From positions 224,001 to 288,000 of the forward strand of contig JAZLKX010000025.1 in NCBI GenBank assembly GCA_045597865.1: a DNA stretch of 64,000 nucleotides, given 5' to 3'. The translations under genes were made by a program, and so were the position numbers. The stretch comes from Bacilli bacterium (GTDB taxonomy: Bacteria > Bacillota_I > Bacilli_A > RFN20 > CAG-826). The notes beneath the pieces were generated by a model, which ran no database searches, was not told where the DNA came from, and saw nothing but the letters and a program-made list of their open reading frames with translations. Below are positions 29,595 through 38,301 of the stretch, piece after piece; within the stretch, counting starts at the first letter, position 1; every line of letters starts with the position of its first letter.

Positions 29595-30653
29595 ATGCCA
29601 TTTGGAATGATTATCTTTTTTGTTTTAGCACTCATTGGTGTTGTTTTTTGTTTTAGAAAAAAGAGCGATGAAGAATCTGTATTAGACAAAAAAGCAACAC
29701 AAGCAATCAAAGGTATTCTTTGCATTTTTATTATGCTTCATAACGTTGGATTAGATTGCACTGCAAATAATGAAGCTGCAGAGCTAATTTGTGATCATGC
29801 TGGTGGTGTTTGCGTAGCAATCTTTTTCTTTTTAAGCGGTTATGGTGTACTTCAAGCTTATAAGAAGAACGGAGTTAAAAGCCTAAAAAGATTGCTACTT
29901 AAAAATGCACTAAAACTTTACATTATTGCAGTTGTCATTAACGTAATTGAGTATTTTGCGTTCTTCCAAGGAGCTTTTGAGACAAAAGATTTACTTTTAA
30001 AAATCTTTAATCTCGACATTTTCAATAATTTTGCTCGTATGAATCGACATGGTTGGTTTATCGCGACAATTATTGGAATGTATATTATCTTTGCTCTTGT
30101 TTTCTACATTTCATCATTGTTTAAAAAGAAAAACAGTACTTTAGTTGCAACAACTGTTGTTGCAGCAATTGCAATTGGCTTAAGAGTACTCGCTAAAATT
30201 ATGGATAATGGTGGAATGTACACTAATGGACTTCCATTATTTGGTGTTGGTTTACTTTATTCATACTTCTTTGAATTTGTTAATAAGCTATGCTTAAAGA
30301 AGCCAATTTATATTCCTACAATTTGCGTTTGCCTTATTGGATTTGCTATTTCCTTTATTTTCTTCTGGGGCACAGTAGCAAGTTATGCATTGGCAATTTT
30401 GATTGTTATAGGTGCAAATTATTTCAGAGTAGACAACAATATTACGTTATATTTAGGTAATATTTCTCTTGGAGTTTATCTGTTTACAGATACATCAATG
30501 CATTTAACATCCAATTTTATGGATAATCCATATGTTTACGCTCCGCTTAATATTTTGATTACAGTTACTCTTGGAACGATTTTGTTTGCGTTTGTTCTTT
30601 ATACTGAAAAAATGATTGGTTATCATAGCTCAAAACAACAATCTCAAAATTAA
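29595..30653 (+). CDS. Acyltransferase-3 family membrane protein
   Basis: IKGILCIFIMLH, VAIFFFLSGYG, WFI and LGNISLGVYL motifs; about ten TM segments. Confidence 0.8.
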   Translation: MPFGMIIFFVLALIGVVFCFRKKSDEESVLDKKATQAIKGILCIFIMLHNVGLDCTANNEAAELICDHAGGVCVAIFFFLSGYGVLQAYKKNGVKSLKRLLLKNALKLYIIAVVINVIEYFAFFQGAFETKDLLLKIFNLDIFNNFARMNRHGWFIATIIGMYIIFALVFYISSLFKKKNSTLVATTVVAAIAIGLRVLAKIMDNGGMYTNGLPLFGVGLLYSYFFEFVNKLCLKKPIYIPTICVCLIGFAISFIFFWGTVASYALAILIVIGANYFRVDNNITLYLGNISLGVYLFTDTSMHLTSNFMDNPYVYAPLNILITVTLGTILFAFVLYTEKMIGYHSSKQQSQN

Positions 30654-30679
30654 CATTATTAATTATTAGAATTCTTTGT

Positions 30680-30708
30680 TTTACAAAGTCAAAGAGTAAT
30701 GGTATAGT
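30680..30708 (+). promoter_or_regulatory. Sigma-A-type promoter of the alaS leader
   Basis: TTTACA-17 nt-TATAGT with a TG extension. Confidence 0.65.
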
Positions 30709-30714
30709 ATTAAC

Positions 30715-30876
30715 ACTCCAGTTAGGGAAATTTGCCACTTCCTTAGGAGTCGATGATGAATCGACGTAGCTCTGCGTTAAAGAACATTAATAAAGTGCAA
30801 TACAAAGTATTGAATTAGGATGGTACCACGACAAAAGTCGCTCCTAAGAGATACTTTTTTATTTTGTTTAAGGAGG
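30715..30876 (+). ncRNA. T-box riboswitch (Ala) upstream of alaS
   Basis: T-box AATTAGGATGGTACCACG with UGGUACC bulge at 30821-27 in UAGGA/UCCUA + CGAC/GUCG antiterminator; stem III CAATAC/GTATTG; GCGTTA stem IIA/B-like motif; candidate GCC specifier at 30734-36. Confidence 0.85.
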
Positions 30877-30883
30877 CCTAAAT

Positions 30884-33487
30884 ATGAAAAGATTAACAGG
30901 TCAACAAATTAGAGAAACATGGTTAAAGTTCTTTGAGAGCAAAGGACACCATATTGAAAAAGGCGCAAACCTCATTCCGTACAATGATCCTTCTTTACTT
31001 TGGATTAACTCCGGCGTTGCAGCCTTAAAGAAATACATGGATGGAAGCGAAGTTCCTCCTACAAGAAGAATTACAAACGTTCAAAAGTCAATTCGTACAA
31101 ATGATATTGAAAACGTTGGTTTTACTGCAAGACATCAAACTTTGTTTGAAATGCTTGGAAATTTCTCAATCGGAGACTACTTCAAAAAAGAAGTTATCGC
31201 TTGGGCTTTTGAAATTTTAACTAAAGAATTTGAAATGCCAAAAGATAAACTTTATTTCACTTATAACCCAATCGATGAAGAAACTCACCAACTTTGGTTA
31301 AAACAAGGCGTTGAAGAATCTCATCTTATTCCACTTGATGGAAACTATTGGGAAATCGGTGAAGGCCCAGCAGGTCCAAACACCGAAGTCTTCTTCGATA
31401 GAGGCGAAAAATACGATCCAGAACACTTAGGTGAACGTTTACTTCGTGAAGAAATCGAAAACGACAGATACATTGAAATTTGGGGTATTGTTTTCTCTCA
31501 ATTCAACGCTCAACCAGGTACTCCACGTAGTGAATACAAAGAATTGCCATCTAAAAACATTGATACAGGTGCAGGTCTAGAAAGAATTGCATCCGTACTC
31601 CAAGAAACTGATACAAACTTCGAAACTGACCTATTTGAACCAATCATTAAAGCAGTAGAAAAGATTGCTTCAGTTCCATACAAGGCTCCAAATCTAACAC
31701 CATATAGAGTTATTGCAGACCACATTCGTGCGGTTACATTTGCTATTGGTGATGGAGAAATGTTCTCAAATGAAGGACGTGGCTACGTTTTACGTAGACT
31801 TGTTCGTAGAGCTATGAGATTTGCAAAACAAATTGGAATTCATAAACCATTTATGTACACACTTGTTCCAGTTGTCGCAGAAAAATACAAAGAATTCTAT
31901 CCAGAATACATGGATAAGATTGATCATATTTCCAAAATGCTTAAAGCTGAAGAAGAGAAATTTATTGTTGCTTTAGAGAGTGGCGAAGCTTTGCTTCGTG
32001 AAAAACTCGAAGGTGGCAAAAAAGTTCTTGAAGGTAAAGATGCCTTTATGCTTTACGATACATTTGGATTCCCACTTGATTTAACAAAAGATATTTGTAA
32101 AGAAAGTGGCGTTACAGTAGATGAAGATGGCTTCAATAAAGAAATGGAAGCACAAAAGGAACGTGCTAGAAACGCAAGAAGCGGTGAACAAAGCATGCAC
32201 AAACAATCAAAAGACCTTCTTGATTTCAAAGAACCATCAGAATTTATTTATGATCATGCTGAACTTGATGCAACAGTAATTGGCTTATTTAAAGATGGCG
32301 TCAAAGTAGACGTCATAAATGACGAAGGTGAAGTTATACTTGACAAGACTAATTTCTACGCTGAAATGGGCGGCGAAGTAGCAGATACAGGTAAATTAAC
32401 ATCTAAAGATGTTGAGCTTGAAGTTACTTCAACCCAAAAAGCTCCAAATAAACAACATTTACACTCAGTAAAAGTCATTAAAGGTTCAGTCAAAGTTGGT
32501 GATAAACTTCATGTTTCATTAGATGCTGAAAAACGTAAACTTATCGAAAGAAACCACTCTGCAACACACTTACTTCAATCAGCCTTAGACAAAGTCTTAG
32601 GCGATGGAATTAAACAAATGGGTTCTTTCGTTTGCGATGAATACATGAGATTCGACTTCAACCATTATGAGAAGATTTCAGATGAACAATTACATGAAAT
32701 CGAGCGCCTCGTTAATGATATGATTGCTAAGGCAATCCCATCAGATATTAGAGTTATGTCTAAAGACGAAGCCTCTAAACTCGGCGCTAAAGCATTCTTC
32801 TCTGAAAAGTATGGTGATGAAGTTAGAGTTGTTAGATTTGGTGATGAATCAATTGAATTCTGTGGTGGTTGCCATGTTGCAAATACTTCAGACATTGGTG
32901 TTTTTGTAATTGAAAGTGAATCTTCAGTTGCAGCAGGTGTCAGAAGAATTCAAGGTAGATCATCCATTGGCGGATACAAGCTTCTCAAAGAGAAAGAAGA
33001 TGCTTTAATGGCAGTTTGTAAATCAATTGGATGCACAAACGCAAAAGATGCTCTCGCACGTACACATGACTTATTAAATAAGTTAAGTGAAGCAAACAAG
33101 AAACTTGATTCAATGATGGATAAGATTTCACATCAAAATGCTGCAAATGTTGAAGCAGAATTTATTGACTTTAAGGGTTATAAAGTTCTTGCAAAGCATT
33201 TTGAAAACAACACAATGGACAACATCAATTCCATTGGTGATGAATTAAAAGTTAAATTTAATGACTATGTCATTATGTTGGTGGGTGGACACGATGGTGA
33301 ACTCCCAATTGCTATTTTCGTTGGTGGTAAAGCCCTTGAAAATAACAAGGCTGGTGATTTAGTTAGAGAAGTCGCTAAAGTTTTAGGTGGAGGCGGTGGA
33401 GGACGTCCAAATATGGCTAATGGTCGTGGACGTTTACTTGCAAAACTTCCAGAAGCAATTGAAACATTTAAAGGACTTATTAAATGA
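30884..33487 (+). CDS. alaS: Alanine--tRNA ligase
   Basis: ARHQTLFEMLGNFSIGDYFK, IDTGAGLER, NHSATHLL and EFCGGCHV editing motif. Confidence 0.98.
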   Translation: MKRLTGQQIRETWLKFFESKGHHIEKGANLIPYNDPSLLWINSGVAALKKYMDGSEVPPTRRITNVQKSIRTNDIENVGFTARHQTLFEMLGNFSIGDYFKKEVIAWAFEILTKEFEMPKDKLYFTYNPIDEETHQLWLKQGVEESHLIPLDGNYWEIGEGPAGPNTEVFFDRGEKYDPEHLGERLLREEIENDRYIEIWGIVFSQFNAQPGTPRSEYKELPSKNIDTGAGLERIASVLQETDTNFETDLFEPIIKAVEKIASVPYKAPNLTPYRVIADHIRAVTFAIGDGEMFSNEGRGYVLRRLVRRAMRFAKQIGIHKPFMYTLVPVVAEKYKEFYPEYMDKIDHISKMLKAEEEKFIVALESGEALLREKLEGGKKVLEGKDAFMLYDTFGFPLDLTKDICKESGVTVDEDGFNKEMEAQKERARNARSGEQSMHKQSKDLLDFKEPSEFIYDHAELDATVIGLFKDGVKVDVINDEGEVILDKTNFYAEMGGEVADTGKLTSKDVELEVTSTQKAPNKQHLHSVKVIKGSVKVGDKLHVSLDAEKRKLIERNHSATHLLQSALDKVLGDGIKQMGSFVCDEYMRFDFNHYEKISDEQLHEIERLVNDMIAKAIPSDIRVMSKDEASKLGAKAFFSEKYGDEVRVVRFGDESIEFCGGCHVANTSDIGVFVIESESSVAAGVRRIQGRSSIGGYKLLKEKEDALMAVCKSIGCTNAKDALARTHDLLNKLSEANKKLDSMMDKISHQNAANVEAEFIDFKGYKVLAKHFENNTMDNINSIGDELKVKFNDYVIMLVGGHDGELPIAIFVGGKALENNKAGDLVREVAKVLGGGGGGRPNMANGRGRLLAKLPEAIETFKGLIK

Positions 33488-33918
33488 AGAAATATTTAGG
33501 TCTAGATTTAGGAACTACAACAGTTGGAATTGCTACAAATGATTCCTTAGGAATCAGTGTGCATCCAGTTGAAACTTTTAGATTTGAACCTGGAAATTTT
33601 AAAGCTGCAAGAGAACATGTTGTGGAACTTGCTCACAAAGAAGGAATCAAAGACATTGTCTTAGGAATGCCTTTATACCAATCTGGTGATTTGTCTCCAC
33701 ACGCTCAAAGTTGCATTCGTTTTAGAGATGATTTGCTAAAACTTGATCCATCATTAAACATTGAAATGGTGGATGAATCATTCTCTACAATCGAGGCTGA
33801 TGAAAAGCTAAAAGCAACCACAAATCTTAGTTACGACAAACGTAAAAGAATTATTGATGAACATGCAGCAGTCGTTATTTTAGAAAGATTTTTGTATTCA
33901 AAAGGAGAAATGAAATGA
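33484..33918 (+). CDS. ruvX: Holliday junction resolvase-like / pre-16S rRNA nuclease RuvX (YqgF)
   Basis: LGLDLGTTTVGIA, LGMP, DESFST, IDEHAAVVIL. Confidence 0.93.
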   Translation: MKKYLGLDLGTTTVGIATNDSLGISVHPVETFRFEPGNFKAAREHVVELAHKEGIKDIVLGMPLYQSGDLSPHAQSCIRFRDDLLKLDPSLNIEMVDESFSTIEADEKLKATTNLSYDKRKRIIDEHAAVVILERFLYSKGEMK

Positions 33919-34178
33919 TACTTGATGATGAAATGATTATCACCAATGAAAATGGTGAAGAAAAAGTAATGAAAATCTTGTTTACTTATGAAAGTGAACA
34001 ACGTAACAAATCATATGTTTTTCTCTATGAGAAAGATGACGAAGATAACATCATGGTTTTCGCTGTAAATGAGGAAGACCAATCACTTCAAGAAATTGAA
34101 GATGATGAAGAATATTCAGAGGCTGAAGAAGTCTTCAATGCCTACATGAATGATGAAAAAATCCAAGAAATAAAATAA
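33915..34178 (+). CDS. DUF1292 family acidic protein
   Basis: ENGEE...ILFTYE...KSYV...IEDDEEY pattern; conserved position after ruvX. Confidence 0.88.
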   Translation: MILDDEMIITNENGEEKVMKILFTYESEQRNKSYVFLYEKDDEDNIMVFAVNEEDQSLQEIEDDEEYSEAEEVFNAYMNDEKIQEIK

Positions 34179-34242
34179 ATATTAATTTACAAACATAAAG
34201 AGTATTGTTAAACTCTTTGTTGCTATTTAGGAGGATAAACCT

Positions 34243-34719
34243 ATGTCCATGAATAAAGTTGAACTTACAAAAGAAGGCGCTGAAAAACTTGAAAAAGAAC
34301 TCCGCCATTTAATTGATATTGATCGTCCAGAAGTCATCGAAGCTCTTCAAGCAGCTCGTGCTCAAGGCGACCTTTCAGAAAACGCCGATTACGATGCAGC
34401 AAGAAACAAACAAGCTGAAATCGAAGGTCGTATTAAAGAAATCGAAAACATTTTAGCAAATGTTAAGATCATTACTGAAAAAGCAAAAGCTACAAAAACA
34501 GTAGTTTTAGGCTCAACAGTCACTGTTAAAGATTTAAGTGATAACACAACCGCAACATACACAATTGTTGGCACTGTTGAAGCTAAACCAGTTGAAGGTT
34601 TAATTTCAAACGTTTCTCCACTTGGTAGAGCAATTGTTGACCACGCTGTTGGAGACGTTGTTGTTGTCCATGTTGCTCAAGAGTACAAAGTTGAAATTTT
34701 AAAGATTGAATCCAAATAA
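34243..34719 (+). CDS. greA: Transcription elongation factor GreA
   Basis: ARAQGDLSENADYDAA, ISNVSPLGRA. Confidence 0.97.
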   Translation: MSMNKVELTKEGAEKLEKELRHLIDIDRPEVIEALQAARAQGDLSENADYDAARNKQAEIEGRIKEIENILANVKIITEKAKATKTVVLGSTVTVKDLSDNTTATYTIVGTVEAKPVEGLISNVSPLGRAIVDHAVGDVVVVHVAQEYKVEILKIESK

Positions 34720-34740
34720 TTGGAATCGACTTAAAAAATA

Positions 34741-34764
34741 AAGAACCCTTCGGGGTTCTTTTTT
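34741..34764 (+). terminator. Intrinsic terminator after greA
   Basis: AAGAACCC-TTCG-GGGTTCTT plus T run. Confidence 0.9.
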
Positions 34765-34824
34765 AAATTTTTTATCGGATTTCCAAAAATCACTGTAAAT
34801 AGTAAGTGAGAGGAGATTCGATTT

Positions 34825-35001
34825 ATGAAATATAAATTAAGTGAACAAGAAGCATCAAAAATTGTAACTGGAGAAGTTACTTTGACTGCTGTTTTAGCAA
34901 TATGCGCAATTGCAATTGCAGCAGTAATTGTTTACAAGATGTTCATGTCTAGTGAAGGAAGTTCAACCGTTCCAGGTGGTTGGAAATTTTCTTGGAAGTA
35001 A
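34825..35001 (+). CDS. Small 58-aa membrane/secreted peptide with a double-glycine-leader-like N-terminus (not in the ORF track)
   Basis: Strong RBS GAGAGGAG; MKYKLSEQEASKIVTG-EVTLTAVLAICAIAIAAVIVYKMFMSSEGSSTVPGGWKFSWK; the stop overlaps the radC start (TAATG). Confidence 0.8.
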   Translation: MKYKLSEQEASKIVTGEVTLTAVLAICAIAIAAVIVYKMFMSSEGSSTVPGGWKFSWK

Positions 35002-35672
35002 TGGCAATCAAAGATATTCCTATTGAATTACGCCCGCGAGAAAAGGCGATACATTTTGGAATTGAGGAATTGTCTGATTCTGAACTATTAGCTTTGCTAA
35101 TTGGTTCAGGATATAAAGGAAAATCTGCCATTGATGTAGCAAATGATTTATTATCCAGCTACTTCAATTCTATGTATTCTTTGAGTAATTCAAATTTAAC
35201 CTCATTAATGACTCACACTGGATTAAAAGAAGCGGTGGCCTTACGTCTTTTAGCAGCCTTTGAATTTCATCATAGGCTAAACTCCCCGCGTTATCAAAAA
35301 CAAGACTCAATTAAATCGGCAGGAGAAATTTACTTAAGATATCAGTATTTGGAAAATTATGATCAAGAAGTTTTGATAATAATTATGCTTGATTCAAAGA
35401 ACAGAATTAAACAAGAAAAACTGCTTTATAAAGGTACTTTTGATTCATTCCAAATTGATGTTAGACAAATACTCCAAGAGATAATATTAGCTAAAGCTAA
35501 ATCTTTTATTTTAATCCATAATCATCCTGATGAAGCTAGCTATGCGAGCGAAAACGATATTTTAGCAACACAAGTTATTGAAAAATCTGCTAAAAATCTC
35601 GGAATAAAATTAATTGACCACATAATTATTTATCGAGGAGGTTATTGCACAATTAAAGGAGAAAAAGGCTAG
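35001..35672 (+). CDS. radC: RadC/JAB-domain protein
   Basis: IKDIPIELRPREK, LSDSELLALLIGSG, HNHP...S..D and LIDHIII; start MAIKDIP at 35001. Confidence 0.92.
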   Translation: MAIKDIPIELRPREKAIHFGIEELSDSELLALLIGSGYKGKSAIDVANDLLSSYFNSMYSLSNSNLTSLMTHTGLKEAVALRLLAAFEFHHRLNSPRYQKQDSIKSAGEIYLRYQYLENYDQEVLIIIMLDSKNRIKQEKLLYKGTFDSFQIDVRQILQEIILAKAKSFILIHNHPDEASYASENDILATQVIEKSAKNLGIKLIDHIIIYRGGYCTIKGEKG

Positions 35673-35760
35673 AAAAATATTATAAAAAATTTTCTGTTTT
35701 CTAGACGAGGTATATACAAATTGAAAATTTATTAATAATAAAGTATAATATTTGACAATT

Positions 35761-37158
35761 ATGGCTAAAAAACAAAATTCGAATATTAAAGCGAAAGTAG
35801 AAAATACTCGCACAAAACTTTTTAAACATAGAATGGTTGAACAAGATATCGCAAAAGGATTGATGATTTTTGCTGTTATCTTTTGTCATACTGTTCCATT
35901 ACCACAACTTGCAGACACAATTCTTAGATCTATCTTAGGAATGGTTATACCATTTTTCTTCTTTATTTCTGGCTACAACTACAAAGAACCTGAGTCTTTG
36001 CCAGATACATTCAAAGGAAAAGCAGGTCTTTATTGGCAAAGAGTTAAGAAAAGATTAAGACAAATTCTTGTTCCATTACTTTTCTGCTCCCTAATTTTAT
36101 TAGGAATTGGCGCTGGTTACTCATTTTTAACTCATGATCCAGTGGTTTCTCCACTTGATATGACTAAAGCATTTGCTGGTTTCTGGATTAGCGAGCCAAT
36201 TTCATCTGCTGTAGGTTTACCTACAATTGGAACTTTTGAAGGCATTGAAAGACTTTATGAACCAAACTGGTTTATTCTTCATATGACTCTTGCTTATGTC
36301 ATCTTCTATGCAGTTGTTGACTGGGCTTTATCAAATAAAAAACGTTACATTTCAGTAATGTTTGGTTTAATTGCGGTTTCATGTATCTTCAACTTCTTCC
36401 ACTTAAAAATGCCTTGGGGATTTGAAAATGCTGCTGCTTATGCAGCAATTATGCTTATGGGTTGTGGTGTTAAACACAAAAACCTATTCTCAGAAGAACG
36501 TTATTCAAAGAAATATTGGCCATGGATTAACTGTGCAGCCTGTTTCTTAATTTGTGTTGCTTTGGGTTTCCTTTGGCCAAGAGCTGGACAAATCTCTGGT
36601 AGTGGACAAATTACTAAAATTTTCAGTGAATTTGCAGATGCCGCAGGTCAACCAGCATTTGCAATTTTAGAGATTCCATACACTATTATATATAGTGTTA
36701 TCTCATCATATTTCTTAATCTGGTTCTGTAAATTACTTGCAAAAGTTAGACCAATTAAATTCTTCTATTCATACATGGGTAGAAACTCATTAATGATTTT
36801 AGTTTTCCATTTAGTCTTTGCATCAGTTGCAATCGCTTTATTAAATGTTATGTTCTATCAAGGTGTTCCAGCCGATGAAAAACTTAAGATGGCAACCCAA
36901 ATTGGTAAATACGCAGAAACTTTTGAACCAATTAGACTAGCTGTCTTTGCCTTAACTGTTGTATTCTCATTAATTTTCGTTACTTGTAACGTAGCTTGCA
37001 AAGAAAGATTCCGCAAACACAAGAAAATGAACCAACTTTGTAAGGAAAAACGTGAAGAATTATTAAAAGATTCTTCATTAACAGAAGAACAAATAAAAGC
37101 ACAAATAAAAGCATATAGATCAGAACTTAGAAAGACTATTAAGGTTCAGATTGCATAG
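35761..37158 (+). CDS. Acyltransferase-3 family membrane protein with a charged C-terminal tail
   Basis: DIAKGLMIFAVIFCH, IPFFFFISGY, WFI and GRNSLMILVFH; promoter TTGAAA-17-TATAAT at 35721-49. Confidence 0.82.
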   Translation: MAKKQNSNIKAKVENTRTKLFKHRMVEQDIAKGLMIFAVIFCHTVPLPQLADTILRSILGMVIPFFFFISGYNYKEPESLPDTFKGKAGLYWQRVKKRLRQILVPLLFCSLILLGIGAGYSFLTHDPVVSPLDMTKAFAGFWISEPISSAVGLPTIGTFEGIERLYEPNWFILHMTLAYVIFYAVVDWALSNKKRYISVMFGLIAVSCIFNFFHLKMPWGFENAAAYAAIMLMGCGVKHKNLFSEERYSKKYWPWINCAACFLICVALGFLWPRAGQISGSGQITKIFSEFADAAGQPAFAILEIPYTIIYSVISSYFLIWFCKLLAKVRPIKFFYSYMGRNSLMILVFHLVFASVAIALLNVMFYQGVPADEKLKMATQIGKYAETFEPIRLAVFALTVVFSLIFVTCNVACKERFRKHKKMNQLCKEKREELLKDSSLTEEQIKAQIKAYRSELRKTIKVQIA

Positions 37159-37214
37159 TTTTCTTTGAAAAATTGCTTTACAAATAAATAAGATAATATT
37201 AATATTATAAACGT

Positions 37215-37295
37215 TGTCGCCTCACGAGCTACAACCGCATAGAGAAGGTTCTCTAAGTTAATGCCTTTGGCATTACACCTTAATAGCGAGTCCTT
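37215..37295 (+). ncRNA. Ribosomal protein L21 leader (autoregulatory cis-element)
   Basis: Structured 5' UTR of rplU containing AACCGCA and ending GCGAGTC, matching my recollection of the Firmicutes L21 leader; internal hairpins TAGAGAA/TTCTCTA and TAATGCC/GGCATTA. Confidence 0.7.
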
Positions 37296-37318
37296 AGTGA
37301 GAAAGTAGAGGTATTTAA

Positions 37319-37627
37319 ATGTACGCTATAATTGAATCAGGTGGAAAACAAATCCGCGTTGAAGTCGGACAAAAGATTTTTGTCGAAAAATTAGATGTTA
37401 AGGAAAATTCAAAATACGTTTTTGATAAAGTCCTTCTCGTCGCAGACAAAGATGTCAAAGTTGGTACACCATACGTTGAAGGTGCTAAAGTATCTGCTAA
37501 AGTCGTTAAGAACGGACTCGGCAAAAAGATTCGCATCTACAAATACAAAGCTAAACACAACTCAGCACGTAGAACAATTGGTCATAGACAACCATATACA
37601 TGCTTAGTCGTTGAATCAATTGCCTAA
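37319..37627 (+). CDS. rplU: 50S ribosomal protein L21
   Basis: [11 protein letters not shown]...GHRQPYT. Confidence 0.98.
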   Translation: MYAIIESGGKQIRVEVGQKIFVEKLDVKENSKYVFDKVLLVADKDVKVGTPYVEGAKVSAKVVKNGLGKKIRIYKYKAKHNSARRTIGHRQPYTCLVVESIA

Positions 37628-37630
37628 TTT

Positions 37631-37942
37631 ATGATTAAAATTGAGGCAACTCGTAAAGACGGAAAGATAGTTAATCTAACCGTCAAAGGGCACGCAAATT
37701 CTGCTCCAAAAGGTGAAGATCTTATCTGCGCTGCAGTGAGTTCAATCCTATTCGGAGGATGTAATGCTCTATCTCAACCTAATTGCTTTGCAATTAAATT
37801 AGATAGTGGCGATGCATCAATTACAGAAATTAAACGTGCTAATGAACACGATTACGAAGTTCTTGAAACAATGATTATTCAATTCAAAACAGTTGAAGAA
37901 TCAAATGCCAAATTCCTTCAAGTAATCGAGAAAGGAAATTAG
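37631..37942 (+). CDS. prp: Ribosomal-processing cysteine protease Prp (YsxB)
   Basis: KGHA...[10 protein letters not shown] motif; located between rplU and rpmA. Confidence 0.93.
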   Translation: MIKIEATRKDGKIVNLTVKGHANSAPKGEDLICAAVSSILFGGCNALSQPNCFAIKLDSGDASITEIKRANEHDYEVLETMIIQFKTVEESNAKFLQVIEKGN

Positions 37943-37944
37943 TT

Positions 37945-38226
37945 ATGTTATTTAAATTAGATCTACAACTCTTTGCTTCCAAAAAAGGTGTCGGTTCTAC
38001 CAAAAACGGACGTGATTCAGAATCCAAGAGATTAGGTGCTAAGTTATCTGATGGACAATTCTGTACAGCAGGTAGCATCATCTATCGTCAAAGAGGTACC
38101 AAAATTCTTCCAGGAGTTAACACCAAACGTGGTGGAGATGATACAATCTTCGCAACAATCGATGGTATTGTTAAATTCGAAAGAGTTGGTAAAAACAAAA
38201 CCCGCGCTTCAGTTTACGCAAAGTAA
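37945..38226 (+). CDS. rpmA: 50S ribosomal protein L27 with a Prp-cleaved N-terminal extension
   Basis: [31 protein letters not shown]. Confidence 0.98.
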   Translation: MLFKLDLQLFASKKGVGSTKNGRDSESKRLGAKLSDGQFCTAGSIIYRQRGTKILPGVNTKRGGDDTIFATIDGIVKFERVGKNKTRASVYAK

Positions 38227-38245
38227 GTTAAAGACGAAAATAATT

Positions 38246-38273
38246 AAGACCGCAATAAAATTGTGGTCTTTTT
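38246..38273 (+). terminator. Intrinsic terminator after rpmA
   Basis: AAGACCGCAA/TTGTGGTCTT stem plus T run. Confidence 0.8.
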
Positions 38274-38301
38274 CATACTCGCGTGTGTATAATATAGATG
38301 T

